A stretch of 63,490 nt of DNA, filler included, from Neoconidiobolus thromboides FSU 785 (lineage: Eukaryota; Fungi; Entomophthoromycota), in NCBI GenBank assembly GCA_025603075.1. It is 7 parts of 7 records of this genome, joined end to end, with 100 filler letters (N's around TTAATTAATTAA, not from the genome) between each part and the next. Parts side by side here need not be neighbours in the genome. Positions count along the whole stretch, not along the records: positions 38,230 to 61,569 come from MU626531.1; positions 61,670 to 63,490 come from MU626906.1; 5 more parts are not named here. One strand, 5' to 3'. A program made the translations under genes and the position numbers. Numbering within the stretch: the stretch's first letter is position 1; each line of letters opens with the position of its first letter. Of the stretch, positions 49,374 through 62,009 are shown piece by piece. The notes below the pieces were generated by a model. It made no database searches. It had not been told where the DNA came from and saw only the letters and a list, made by a program, of their open reading frames with translations.

Positions 49374-49630
49374 AAATAAAAAAGAAATTGAATTTTTTTG
49401 AATAAATAAGCCACTATTTTAAGTATTAAAATGGATGGTTGGTTAGTTATAGCTGGAACTAAAACAAAAGTTTAGAAATTTCAAGATTTACTATTTTTTG
49501 ATAATAGATTACTATCTTTTTTTAATAAAATTGTGTAGATTTAGTTATAGCTATATTTAAATGTTAGCTTTGGTTTATTTGTTATTATATATCTCAAATT
49601 AAATTATGGTTACTAATAATATATACATAC

Positions 49631-49683
49631 GGGGATGTCTTGATTAGTTTCAGAGTTTATTAAAACTTAATTTAAACATCCCC
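49631..49683 (+). mobile_element. 53-bp mini-element related to the Sola-like terminus
   Basis: GGGGATGTCTTGATTAGTTTCAGAGTTTATTAAAACTTAAT resembles the reverse complement of 8840-8881 (GGGGCTGTCCTAATTGGTTTCAGAATCTACTTAGAACTTAAT). Ends in CATCCCC. Flanks ATAC/ATAT. Confidence 0.75.
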
Positions 49684-49780
49684 ATATTATTGTTATTATT
49701 GTTATTATTTAACTACTATTCTTTATAGTTAATAATTTAAAATAACTGAAATATTAAACCAGTGCTAAAATTGATGCTAT

Positions 49781-50239
49781 TATGAAATATCGCTTTGTCA
49801 GTCCCATGGTTAATTATAACATAATAATCGCCTAAGCTGTTGTGTTCTCGAGTTCAGAGAAAATCAATCCCACATTCTTAGTTTGATTTGATATGAGAAT
49901 TTCTACGTCTCAAAGAATATTCTCCCCTCGTTTTGATATTTATACTTATCGGAGTATAAAAGAGATTCTAAAACATAATATCTTGAGGCTTTTTAACTGA
50001 ACTATGCCTTGATATCTCGTACATTTAATAAAGCCACTAAGTTTACTTAATAGTATTTTACGTAGATTTTACATTAGTATTGTCTATTCTATTTGTCTTA
50101 TATAGCTTGTAACCTATTACGTGCTATTCCTCATAATCCAAGTCTATCTCAGTCACATAAACTAAGACCTTTCGACTTATAATGTAGTCAATAAAGCAAT
50201 AGCTGTTTTTGAATCCAACACTGAGTACCAGATTTCACA
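49781..50239 (+). mobile_element. Solo-LTR-like repeat (459 bp)
   Basis: TATGAAATATC...GATTTCACA, homologous to 10717-11179. Flanks CTAT/CTGT could be a decayed TSD. Confidence 0.65.
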
Positions 50240-50559
50240 CTGTTAAATAATACAATCTAATGTTTTATAAATAAAATAATTTAATTCATATTTATATTAC
50301 TTTTTAAATTAACTCATATTTTAACTTTATTATTAATATTATATTTAAAATTTCAATTTGAATTGTTTTTAATATTATCAATAAAGATAACTTACTTTTT
50401 CTTCATTTTATTAATAATTGGTTCCTAATTGAATAATAAAGATTTTAATATTAATTAAGGGCTAATTAAAACAGATAATATAAATAATACAGATAATATA
50501 AACTACATTCTATTTTCATTTGATTTATTATATTTAGTTTCATTGTGAATATTATAATT

Positions 50560-50612
50560 AGTGATATTATTGCTATTATTATTATTATTATTATTACTAT
50601 TACTATTATTTT
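50560..50612 (+). repeat. (ATT/ACT)n microsatellite
   Basis: Tandem ATT with variants. Confidence 0.8.
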
Positions 50613-51313
50613 TAGTTAAAAAAACTAATATAATTTTTTAATTTGACATGAGGGGAAGGATGAAATAGATCACTAATTGTATTATTGGAAATAAAAAGAT
50701 TAATTGATATTGGCGTAAATAAATTATATAATGAAAACAATTCTTCAGTGGGTTCAATTTATAAGATCTCTTACTTGGATATACTATTAAGATATTATCA
50801 ATAAGATATTATTTGTTTATTAGTAGTTTACTACCTAATGTTTTTTGCTTTGGATACAGTTTTATTAACGAATAGACCATCATTATTAATCAAATTCAAT
50901 ATCAATTTAATAAACAAAAAATAAAATTAGAATTTTTATACTTGTGTAAAGACAAACGGTTTTACTCTATTATAGCCTAAATATCCATTATAAATATTGA
51001 ATTTATTATTATTATTAAATTATCCCATTATATTCTACATTTTTATGGTTAAATTAAAGGTTATTAATTAATTTTATTAATAAAATAGTTCAATATAAAA
51101 CTTCAATTTTTTATTGTTCTAGTAATACTTGTTAATAGTATTATTTTTATTTTAATAATACCAATAGTAACTTTATTAAGTTATATTACATAACAATAAC
51201 AGCTACTATTGCTATACCAAGAAATTATCAAATAAACATCCTCTTTCTTATATTTTATTATTGATCATCAACTAACTTACTCTACTCAAGAAAGGTCAAG
51301 AAATAAAACATAT

Positions 51314-51411
51314 GGGGATGTATTTTTGTGTTTAAGAATCCTACTAATAACCTTTCCACTCAAATAATGCTTAAAAGAGTAAAAAGTAATGAGACCAAAA
51401 AAAACATCACC
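51314..51411 (+). mobile_element. MITE copy
   Basis: ATAT-GGGGATG...CATCACC-ATAT. Confidence 0.9.
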
Positions 51412-51681
51412 ATATTATTCACTTAAAATATTGCCGATATCAAGTAAAATTATGTTCTAAATTCTTATTTCGTGACTGTTCAAAATAACCTTTTCAAATG
51501 CACTAACTTAAATTAGCAAATATCCAAAAAAAGACTTCTAAAGATACGATTTCCAATCATACTTAAATACTATCGATGACCTAATACTTTTATTGAATTA
51601 GCTAAGATTTTTTTTAAAAAAAACTATAAAAACTCAAAATTCCAATTGATTTTTCATTAAATTTTACTAACTTTAACCAAT

Positions 51682-52932
51682 ATGTTACAATTAGAACGAC
51701 GTATTGCTATCGATGCCGTAATACGAGCCTCTAAAATTTGTCGACAAGTGTACTCTCAATTAGTTAATGAAGATACTGTAATAAAGAAAGATAGATCACC
51801 AGTAACTGGTAATACTTTTGATCCAATAATTTTTTCATGCAAATAATGTCAATTTTATACAGTGGCTGATTACTCTGCTCAAGCAGTAGTGAATACTTTA
51901 TTAACTGAGTATTTTCCTAATGATCCGATTGTGGGAGAAGAAGACAGTAAAGATTTAAAATCTTCTAGTGGAGCTGAGTTGTTAAAAAAAGTTACTGAAT
52001 TGGCAAACACAGTATTGGATAAAAAAATAACTTCAGAACAAGTAATTTATAGTAGAATTTAATAATAAAAAAGACAATTTTAATCTCTTATTTTTATTAA
52101 GACAATCACCTCGATAGATCGTGGTAATTTCATTGGTGGTTCTAAAGGTCGTTTTTGGACCTTAGATCCAATAGATGGTACCAAAGGATTCTTAAGAGGT
52201 GGCCAATATGCTATTTGTTTAGCTTTAATTATCGATGGTAAAGTAGAATTAGGAGTAATGGGATGCCCCAATTTATTAATTAATCCATTCGACAAAAATT
52301 CAAGTAAAGGCGCCATTTTTATTGCTCAAAGAGGGGAGGGGGCTTATCAGGTAAATACAAAGCGGATTTTTGATTTTTTTTTAATGATTTTTTAAAAATT
52401 AGAGAGATTTGGATACCCCCAATAACATAATAGAAGCTAAAGAAATATCACTCGATATGAATAAGTTAGATGCTATTGAATCAGCGAGATTTTGTGAATC
52501 CGTTGAAGCTGGTCATTCTTCTCATGATAAACATGCTATTATTGCAAAAGAATTAAATATAACTACTCCACCCGTACGCATGGATTCTCAATGTAAATAT
52601 TCTTCAATTGCTAGAGGGGATGGCGATATCTATTTAAGATTACCAGTATCTTTAGAATATGAAGAGAAAATTTGGGTAGGTGAAATAATCAGATATCAAA
52701 TTACTATTATTATTTTATTGCATGACATTTATTTTGGTTTATTTTTATTTAGGATCATGCATCTGGGAAATTATTAGTTGAAGAAGCTGGTGGTAAAGTA
52801 AGCGATGCTTATGGTCAAGAATTGGATTTTTCTCAAGGACGTACATTGAAAAACAACAAAGGTGTAGTGGCTTGTCATGCAGAGTTTCATGAACAAGTTA
52901 TTAAAGCTGTTAGTAAAGCTTTAGGAAATTAA
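51682..52932 (+). CDS. MET22: 3'(2'),5'-bisphosphate nucleotidase (MET22/HAL2), multi-exon
   Basis: KKDRSPVT/VADYSAQA, IVGEED, FWTLDPIDGTKGFLRGGQYAICLAL, VRMDSQCKY, EKIW-DHASG. Confidence 0.95.
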
Positions 52933-53262
52933 TAGTATAGTAATAGAATCTTTGATTATAAAATGGTATTAAAATTGATTCTGTTGATTTTTAATATTAA
53001 ATTAGTCTAATGTTTTGATTATAGGTTGGAATTTTGTATTACGTCTTTTATTTTTTATGTATTCTGAGCATATAAATATCCAATTACAATTCTATTATAG
53101 GTTACTTTTTATAATAAAACATCCATCAATTCTGTTTTAAGAACTATAATATAAAAACAAATGTCTTTAATTTGAACTATTTACTTTAAAACATATATTA
53201 ATTTTGCCTTTTTAAACCCATTTATTTACCATTTTATTGTATTAAAAATATCGTCCACCAAC

Positions 53263-55117
53263 TTATTGCTCAATGTTTGCCAATACCTTATCAATAAATC
53301 TACCAAATACTTCATCATCCGCTTGTTTCAATGCATTTAAATCTGCCTAAAACAATCATTAGTGTCAAACAAAATAATAGTTGATAAGAACTATTAACTT
53401 ACTTTGAACTGAAGTGTATTACTATGATTATATGTTATCTCCGTTGTATTAATTAACAAGTTAAAAAAATCATCTAAGAATAAATAAGTAAAGTGGAATT
53501 TTATAATAATGATATTAATTAAATTTACCATCTACTTTATAATCTTTAAAATTAAGGATACATTGAGCTATACCCGTTAATATTTCGGGAGCATAATCGA
53601 TAATTCTAATCAAAAAACAATAATAAAATAATAACTAGTAGCACACTCAAATACAATTACCTATTAGGACATAATTTGATCAATTTAATCAAGTTATTAC
53701 ACGCTAGGGTAGGTATCTCTGTAATAAAATTACCCTTTCTAATCCAAGGAAGTTTTACATTTTTCAATGAAATATTGATAAATTTCTAAATCAAAAATAA
53801 AATATTAAACTTAACCCCTGATTAGCCTCCCACCACTACACTTACCTCCAACAGAGCATAAACGGTGATTCCCATTCTATCTATCACTTTATTTAAATAA
53901 CTTAAAACAAATCGATTGTTCTCAATTAAATTAGCTTCTACGCTATTTCCTCGTGTTAATATAGTAGTTATAATATAATCATACAATTTATTATAATATT
54001 CATTATCTTCATTATTGTACATTTTATCGAATATTGATAACATTGTATCCATTGCATAGTTAGAATTATCTTTTTTATCTGAGTTGATGAATAATACATT
54101 ATTTACTAAAACCTATATTAATAAAAATAAAATAGTTAATTAATAGATTTTTGTATAAATTTAAATAGAATAATATTATGATAAATTGACTTACATTTAA
54201 ATAAACATCTTGTAACCCTCTTGATTTTAATAGTGCTAAATTTTTATTTTTAAATAGCAAATTAATACTATCAATACCCCAAGTTCTAATTGTTAAATTC
54301 ATATCTTGTAATAATACTAAAGAGGGTGGAATAATTAAATGGATATTATCAGCGATATAGAGATCCTAGTATTGTTTTTTTAAAACAAAATTATATAATT
54401 TAGTTTTCTGTTTTTAAATTCAAACTTACCTGTTTCAAAATCCATTTATAAACGAAATAATATCTTAAATCCTCTTTCCAAATCAAATTATCAAAATCTC
54501 TTGATTGCTGAATGAGGGTTTCTTTATTCTCAAATATTCCTTGAATTTCTTTCTTATTTTCAAATTGAGTTCGAATATAATTGTTCAATAATGACATTAT
54601 CACCAATGGGCTCTTCGTTTCTTTTTCAAAATCAGGAACTCGCTGAATGATTTCTATTCAATTTTTATTAATTATGAAAAAGTCCATAATAATAATCTAT
54701 TTACTCTCTGTTATTTCTCTTACTTTTAAATCATTGTAGTATAATTGGTAAGGGATGATACATAATATTAGTTTTTCATAGTAAGCTGATAACATCTCCT
54801 AGAAAATTATTAATCAAATAAATAACAATAGTAATTAGTATATTTACTTCTTGAATAACAAACTCCAATAACAACCCCAACTGCTTAAGAATCTTTGTTT
54901 CAAACTTTATCTTATTTTCAAACTCTATCTCTTCAACAACATATTCACTTGGCAATCTCAATTTATTATAAATCTCGTTCAATTTTTCCTCGTTTGAAGC
55001 ATCATCATCTTCCACCTCAATACTGCTAATAACCTGAATCCCTTTAAATCCCAAATTTTGATCATCTTTTACTAAAGTATCACTTTTATTTTCTTGATAA
55101 ATATTGAATAAACTCAT
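53263..55117 (-). CDS. TTI2: TTI2 (Tel2-interacting protein 2)-like HEAT protein, multi-exon
   Basis: WKEDLRYYFVYKWILKQ..IIPPSLVLLQDMNLTIRTWGIDSI..LKSRGLQDVY parallels the TTI2 pattern W...F.W.L.Q...LP.SL..DD..N..GV (recalled, not searched). Confidence 0.55.
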
Positions 55118-55166
55118 AATTAAAAAAACTTAAAAGTATTTCAAAAAAAATTCTATCCAAAAAAAT

Positions 55167-55718
55167 TTATTTCTCCAAACTCTTTAAAAATTCTTTCGCT
55201 AATATAGCCACTCTAGCCTTGGCAGCCATCGTTGGATCTAATTTAATACTTTTTAACACCAAACCAATTTGCTTCCCGCTCGTTACCCCCAATTCTTCAA
55301 CTGTTTTTTTAATCTCTATCAAAATCTCAGCATCTTCTAATTGCTCTGGGAGATATTTTTTCAATACTTCCACTTCTTCCAATTCACTTTGTACCAAATC
55401 TTCTCTATTACCAACTTTATATTGTTCAATCGAATCCATTCTCTTTTTGATTCCTTTTTGGATAATACTAGCTACTTCAGCATCCGAATTAATCACTTTA
55501 AAGGGCATAACACTTTTCTCGGCATAACCAATGTCGGAAAGGACTGACTTGATCACCCCAAGTTTACCACGTTCTTTGTTACGCATAGCGGATTTCATAT
55601 CTGTTTTAAGTTGCACTAATAAGCTAGGTTTGGCATCAGAATAATGACGAAGGGAGGTGCGTAATAAAGTGGGGAGTGTGTTAATACTCTTTATGGTATA
55701 TTGGAATAGACGTACCAT
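55167..55718 (-). CDS. AIM41: Mitochondrial GatB/YqeY-domain protein
   Basis: Presequence-like N-terminus. LKTDMKSAMRNK, IQKGIKKRMDSIEQYKVGNREDL..EVEVLKKYLPEQL. Confidence 0.88.
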   Translation of the reverse strand: MVRLFQYTIKSINTLPTLLRTSLRHYSDAKPSLLVQLKTDMKSAMRNKERGKLGVIKSVLSDIGYAEKSVMPFKVINSDAEVASIIQKGIKKRMDSIEQYKVGNREDLVQSELEEVEVLKKYLPEQLEDAEILIEIKKTVEELGVTSGKQIGLVLKSIKLDPTMAAKARVAILAKEFLKSLEK

Positions 55719-55877
55719 TTTTATATCAATTTTTATAATAAGTGTTGATTGATTAGTTTTTTTAGAATTTGAATTTCGATACCTGATGATAAGCCAATGA
55801 AATAGAAGTAGTTATTTTTTTTGTTAAGGGACTAATATTCTAAATATAAAAAAAGTAGTTTTATTTTTTATTTTTTT

Positions 55878-57645
55878 ATGAGTTTAAAAAAAGATAAAAT
55901 TCAAAGTAAAGCAATTCGCTTTATATACATTTAACTTAATAATTAATCTATTGTAGATATAAAATCAAAAAAACTAAAATTAAAACAATGTACTCACCAA
56001 AATAGTAATATCATCCTACCACTCCCACATGTAGATGAAACAACCCTCCTTGACTTAACTACTTATTCTTTTACTTCTACACTATCCTCTCAAGAAGAAA
56101 GAATTGAATCATTGATAGCTTTATTTCTTGATTCAAAAGAGATAGAGATTAACTTAACGATAGCTAATTTCTTAATGATAGATATAGTATTTGATAAATT
56201 TATAAATTTTTGGTCAAATCCTAATGGACTAAGGAGTAATCAAGGATGTAAGCAGAAGATTATCAATAATAGGGGATTTAATGTTATATTTAGTTTGTTT
56301 AGTAATGGAGAGATTGGGAGATTAATTATTGAAAAGAAATTTGATAGAATGGGTAAGCAGTAGTAAAATTCTATTTATAAATTATTTATTAGATTATTTT
56401 CATCTAGCTTATTTACTCACCTATGGTATTATCAATCAGCTTAGAGGAAATATGGATTTTCAACAACTAAAATTAGGTATCAATCGATTATTAATAATGA
56501 ATATTGATTTAACTAAACGATGGTTATATACAACAAAATACACCTCAATTTTATCAGACAAACCGCCAATCTTATTATTCATCAATCACCTAAAACAAGA
56601 AACAATAAGAAGTTTAATATTAGATATATTATTTCAAGTGGAACCAGATAATTCAAGTACAAAAAGAGATTTTGATTTATTAGGAGAATTAAGATATTTT
56701 GAAACTATATGGAAATTATATTGGTATCAGTTGAAATCAGAAGATTCTTTAGAATTTATTATTAATTTATTAACTGATGCTATTTATTATAAAGAAAGTG
56801 AGCATTTTTTGGAATACGTTTATAAAGAGGAATTTTTAAATGATATTTTAAACGTGTTGAGTTGTAAGAATTACAAAAACATTCAAAAAATGATTGACTT
56901 TTTAGATTCTTTGTTGCAAGTACTATGTTATAGATCGGAAAAGTTAATGCTCTTAATTAGGGAAATTAAACTTTATATACACAGCAATCTGGATAAAATT
57001 TACTCTACCTTACAATATATAGAAAATGATAGCTCAATTGTATTTGAAGAAGGAAAGATGATAATTAATGATAAAGTAATTCCATTTATAGTACCAAGCA
57101 ATTACCCTAAATGTTATAAATTAACAATAAAAAGATATACATTTATGTCCTTTTTCTTATCCACAGATATAATAGAAAAAGAAAAAATCAATTTGAATAT
57201 TGAATTGATTATAAATTGTTTAGAATGGCTGCTATTAAACCCAAAAAATGATATGATACTTTCATTAAATTTTAAAATTTTAGAAATTATTTTTAGTAAT
57301 TTTATAAGGGATAAGGATAATAGTTACATAGATATTATTAGTTATTTGTTTATCGAAACTAGGTTGGTATCTAGAGTAAAGTATCAAATTATCATGAATT
57401 CAAGATCTGGGCTCAATTATTTATTAGCATTTGTTCAATTTCATCTCAATGCAGTCATTAATAAACTAAAAGAGGAAGGTAAAGGTTTAAATCAATCACT
57501 CTTAATTGAATTAGAGTCATGTAGAGAAAGTTCATTCAAAGAAGAGACTATTATATACCCTAAATCCCAATTTTATTTTCCAAAGAGTAAGAATAAGTTT
57601 GTAAAAAATAACTTTTTTATTAAGGATGATGATTTTTTAATATAA
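55878..57645 (+). CDS. Hypothetical alpha-helical (ARM/HEAT-like) protein, multi-exon
   Basis: ATG 55878, intron to 55956, open frame to ~56352, then the long ORF to 57645. No family recognised. Confidence 0.6.
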
Positions 57646-57832
57646 AATGAGTAGTAAGTCATCTTTGTTTAATATGCGTTATAAATAAAAATTATTATGT
57701 TCTTTATATGTTCACCTTCTCTAACCCAAGTATGATCATTTCAACATGTTCTTGGATTATACATATTCACTTTATTATCTAACTTAATCCCTATATCAAA
57801 TCTCTGCCTCAAAGTAAATTAAATAAGCATAT

Positions 57833-57928
57833 GCGAGTATTTTTTTTGACTTCACTATTTTTCATTTTTTAAGTGCTATTTAAGCGGAAAATTTGATAGT
57901 AAATTCTTAAACACAAAAACACATCCCC
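57833..57928 (-). mobile_element. MITE copy
   Basis: ATAT-GCGAGTA...CATCCCC-ATAT. Confidence 0.85.
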
Positions 57929-58724
57929 ATATGTAATAAAGGGCAGTTTTGGATTTCTTGAAAACTTCAAGATCCTAACCTATTCAATAAGATACTAGTT
58001 GATGTCGTTTTATTTGAACTATATAAATAATGGACTTTGTATTTTCTTGGAATTACATATTTAATAAATAAAATATTTAGATGCAAAATTTAAGAATCAA
58101 AATAATATTACATTGTTAAATTATAAAAAACTAACCAAGATTTATACAATTTGTTTAATATAAAGTCATACTTTATTGAATAAATACCATGATATAAATA
58201 ATTTATACTGACTAATACTAGTAACTATGAATCAAAGAAACAGATTGTGAGTTTAAGTGAATATAAAAATAAAATAAGAATAGTAGTGCCAAAACAATAG
58301 TAACAAGAGTAATCAAAGAAATGATAGTTAGTGTTATACAAGCTATAAAATAATCCCTAAACATTAATAAAAAGAATCTTAGTAAAATAGTATAAATAGT
58401 TGATTTTCTATTATATAAACCGATAAAACTGATACTATCAAATCTCTTTCATTTGTTGAAATGATAAAATCAAAATTAAACTTATTATATAAAAATAATA
58501 ATAGTTTTTTGATATAAAATAAAGCAAAGACTATATTAAATAAAAACTAATCTTTAACTTTGGATCTCTGAAACTAATAGAGGAATAAAAACATGATAAA
58601 TTAAAGGATAATACTAAAACTGATAGGGCCAAAATAATTTTTATAAAAGAAACCCACATTCTCTACTTTTGGTTAAAAGTAAATTTTCTTTCTACCTTAA
58701 AACATCCTACTTTTGTATTGAATA

Positions 58725-59408
58725 TCACTCTTCAGTTACCTGTGAGGAGTCTTTGTTATTACTACCATTTAAAACCTCTGTTTCACTTCGCCTAAAATCC
58801 GCTTCCGGATCCAATTTAAGGTTAGGGCTACTCACTTTTTGTTTTTCTTCTTCTTCTTCTTCTTCTTCTTCTTCTTCATCTTCTTCGTATTCTTCTTCTT
58901 CATAAAAATCTTTAAGATATTTATTGGCAGCACGATATTCTTTTTTTGCATTCTTTATACAAACTTCGATATTAGTTAAAGCTTCTTGCTCTGTAATTGA
59001 TTTAGAACCGGATTCATCTTTAAGTGAACCATAATGTTGAATCCTTTCGCACATTGTTTTCACTTTTTTTAAACCTAAAGCAGCGCTACTACCTTTAAGG
59101 AAATGTCCCAAGCGACTAAGGTCAGGTAAATCTTTTTTTTCTCTATTAAATTTAAAGCTTAATTTAATTATTTCTAATTTAATTTAATTAAAATTACAAA
59201 GAGTTTAACATATCTACAAACGTAGTTTCCGCTTGTTCGAAATAATTATAAACTATATTTTTACTAAATTCGTTATCTCCTTCTTCATCCATATCTAAGA
59301 TTTGTCCAAATACATCATAGTCAATCAATTCATTTTCTTCCTTTTAAAATTTAAATTTTATTAGCTTCCATTGCTTTTATTCATTATTATAAAGTTTACC
59401 GACGACAT
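58725..59408 (-). CDS. YPD1: Histidine phosphotransfer (HPt) protein, 3 exons
   Basis: ATGTCGTCG 9-nt exon; FGQILDMDEEGDNEFSKNIVYNYFEQAETTF; LSRLGHFLKGSSAALGLKKVKTMCERIQHYG. Confidence 0.93.
58846..58900 (-). repeat. (GAA)n poly-Glu tract in the YPD1 tail
   Basis: Tandem TCT/TTC on the plus strand. Confidence 0.9.
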
Positions 59409-61013
59409 TTTTATTATTTTTATCTATCAATTTAAACCTTTTACTCCTATACTTTTGGTTGCTTACTATTTATTCAATGTGATAACTAACCAATCAAATG
59501 CAATGATTATTTTTAATAAGAAATTGAAAGCCTAGATTTCAATTAATGGTTACAATTGACATTAAACTATACTATTAGTAAGGAAATATTATATAAGAAG
59601 TTTATAAATTACGGTAACAATTCTTAGCATGTGTAAATTTAAATAAAATAAACAGTCAATATAACTAAGCCCCACTTTCTAGTTTATTTACTAGTTTAAT
59701 GCTCAAATAAATGATAATAAAATGATGTCACCCTTAAATTAAAATGAGTATCTTAAAGAACTCAAAAAGTTCATAAATCAACAACTTCAGAGTCATTGAT
59801 TAAGTAACTTAGTAGATATTTTAACCTTATATTTTTCGATATTTTTCAATTTGTTTATTTTTATTTTATTACTACTATTATTTGAATTGAAATTTTCTAA
59901 TTTTGTATTATGGAGTTAATGATCTCATCATGATTTATTAACATTATTTTAATTCTAAGTGTTAGAGGATTAATTATTATTAATAAATTCATATTTAAGT
60001 TTTAATATTTATTCATCTATTATTTTTATTATTGAAATAACATCAAGATTCAATATTTGAAATATATATTATTGTCTATTGTTTATGTACTTTATTTGTT
60101 TTATGTCTCTTTGTAAAAGTGTTCTTGATATTATAGTTTCTAAAGCAATAACATTTTGACTAAAAATTATATAAGCATTTGTTCTGGAATCAATTTTTTC
60201 TCCATTAGTTCAAGATTTCCTAATAAATTTCAATAGCATTTTATTAATTCTTTTTAGTCATTCAATGGAGTTTTTTGTGAGAAAAAATACTTTTTTCTAA
60301 TATTACACTTTTAAATAGATAGAAACAGAGATCTTTTGTTCATCTCTAAGCCATTTGAGTTTAGTTATTTGAATAAAACTACTGCGCTATTACGTCTTCA
60401 AGGCTTTTAAAAGAAATCAATCACTCCTTTTTTTATATTAATAAAAGATGCTTAACTAAACTGCCATTCTTTGTTGCGTTATTTTGTCAACTTTGCAAGT
60501 AGCCTGAAATTTAAAATATATATCAATTTTTATAAAAAAAACATGTTTGTTTATTAGTTAAAATATATTTGTAATTAGTAGTACAAACATTATTAATAAA
60601 ATAACCTTAATAACTAAATATACTTTGTTATCAATTTAATGGAAATCGAAAAGATTTATAGGGCTTTGAATTGGCAACCAGCTTTACGAAGTTAACTAAT
60701 TAAACTTTAACATTTACTCTATATCATTGTAGACTTAAGCTATATTAAAGCTTCTCTTTTTGTATCAGCTTCTTTATATAAAGTTTTTAATATCAAATCA
60801 AAGATATTTCTTAAATTAAATATGACAAAAAAAATTATAAACAATCATTATTTAATATACTTGTAAAAAGTAAAAGACATTAAATTATTTAAAACAAAAT
60901 CAATCACACACAAGAGAGAATTAGTTTAGATGACACTGAGCTATAAAATATTAAAAATAAACCTGTAGTATATAATAAATTCAAATGATATTATACAACT
61001 CGTGTTTATCAGT

Positions 61014-61569
61014 TTAAATACCTTGTATAAAAGAATGACTAAGTATAGAATCAATTGTAATTCTATCTGCACGTTTTTTAGTAAGACAATCCTGAATCAA
61101 TTTCCTGAGATCGTTTGGTACGTGCATTTTACTAATTCTATTATCCCTCATGATTTCAACATTAGATGGAAATTTGGTGTCTTCCTGAATAGCTCGATTT
61201 TCATCTCCCAAAATTTTCAATATCTCTTCTTCACTCTTTTTACTAAACACACTACACCCATAAATTAGTCTATATAATATGCAACCCAGTCCCCAAACAT
61301 CAGTTCCGTACCCGATCTAGATTGATCGATTAGTTGTTATTACTTACTCATAGAATAAAAAAATACCACAAATTGCGAACTCGCATCAGTAGCAATAGCC
61401 GCTTCTGGTGCTATATTACCAAGAGTACCTTGCTAAAAAATGAATATCAATTTATGATAAAACTAAATAGTTAAATTACTATTTGGGATTTTCGACCAAC
61501 CACACGTCCATGCTTTAACTTTAATACATATTTAAACCCGAACACCTTTAAATTTCCATCAAAAAACAT
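61014..61569 (-). CDS. Ser/Thr protein-kinase-like C-lobe (5' lost in gap), DFG degenerate
   Basis: Spliced reading MFFDGNLKVFGFKY..QGTLGNIAPE..GTDVWGLGCILYRLIYG..LIQDCLTKKRADRITIDSILSHSFI. Confidence 0.8.
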
Positions 61570-61669
61570 NNNNNNNNNNNNNNNNNNNNNNNNNNNNNNN
61601 NNNNNNNNNNNNNTTAATTAATTAANNNNNNNNNNNNNNNNNNNNNNNNNNNNNNNNNNNNNNNNNNNN

Positions 61670-61776
61670 GAGGTTTATCCGCTGGTGCTGCAAACAACTA
61701 TGGTAGCTCTTCAGGACAAGCTATTATTGGTGCAGGTTCTAACTTTAATGCTGGTGACCTTTTTACTGGTTATTAA
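61670..61776 (+). CDS. 3' end of a Gly/Ala/Ser-rich protein (truncated by gap)
   Basis: GC-richer open frame GLSAGAANNYGSSSGQAIIGAGSNFNAGDLFTGY*. Confidence 0.55.
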
Positions 61777-61917
61777 AAAATTATTATGATTTGTTATATA
61801 TTTTAAACTCTTATTTTGATATTTTTATCACTTTGATCAATATCTTTTATGTGCCTAAAAATAGTATTAACTTTCATTAATTCACTATCTATTTAATAGT
61901 TTTATAGAAAAAGATAT

Positions 61918-62009
61918 GAGGATGTTTTTGTCTTCATTACTTTTTCCATTTTTAAGCACTATTTAAGTGGAAAGATTATCAGCAAAATTTTTAATGAAAA
62001 AATATCCCC
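61918..62009 (-). mobile_element. MITE copy
   Basis: ATAT-GAGGATG...TATCCCC-ATAT. Confidence 0.85.

Noticed and set aside
28296-61268. Numerous short overlapping or antisense ORFs in the track (e.g. 28296, 28729, 30581, 42269, 43791, 44151, 45905, 47142, 48540, 48939, 52080, 55219, 55341, 58669, 61002)
   Set aside because: They overlap well-supported genes on the other strand or frame and have no recognisable motifs.
590-62009. The ~97-bp repeats as a CRISPR-like or regularly spaced array
   Set aside because: They are dispersed, in both orientations, with TIRs and target duplications. No constant spacer periodicity, no cas genes, eukaryotic context.
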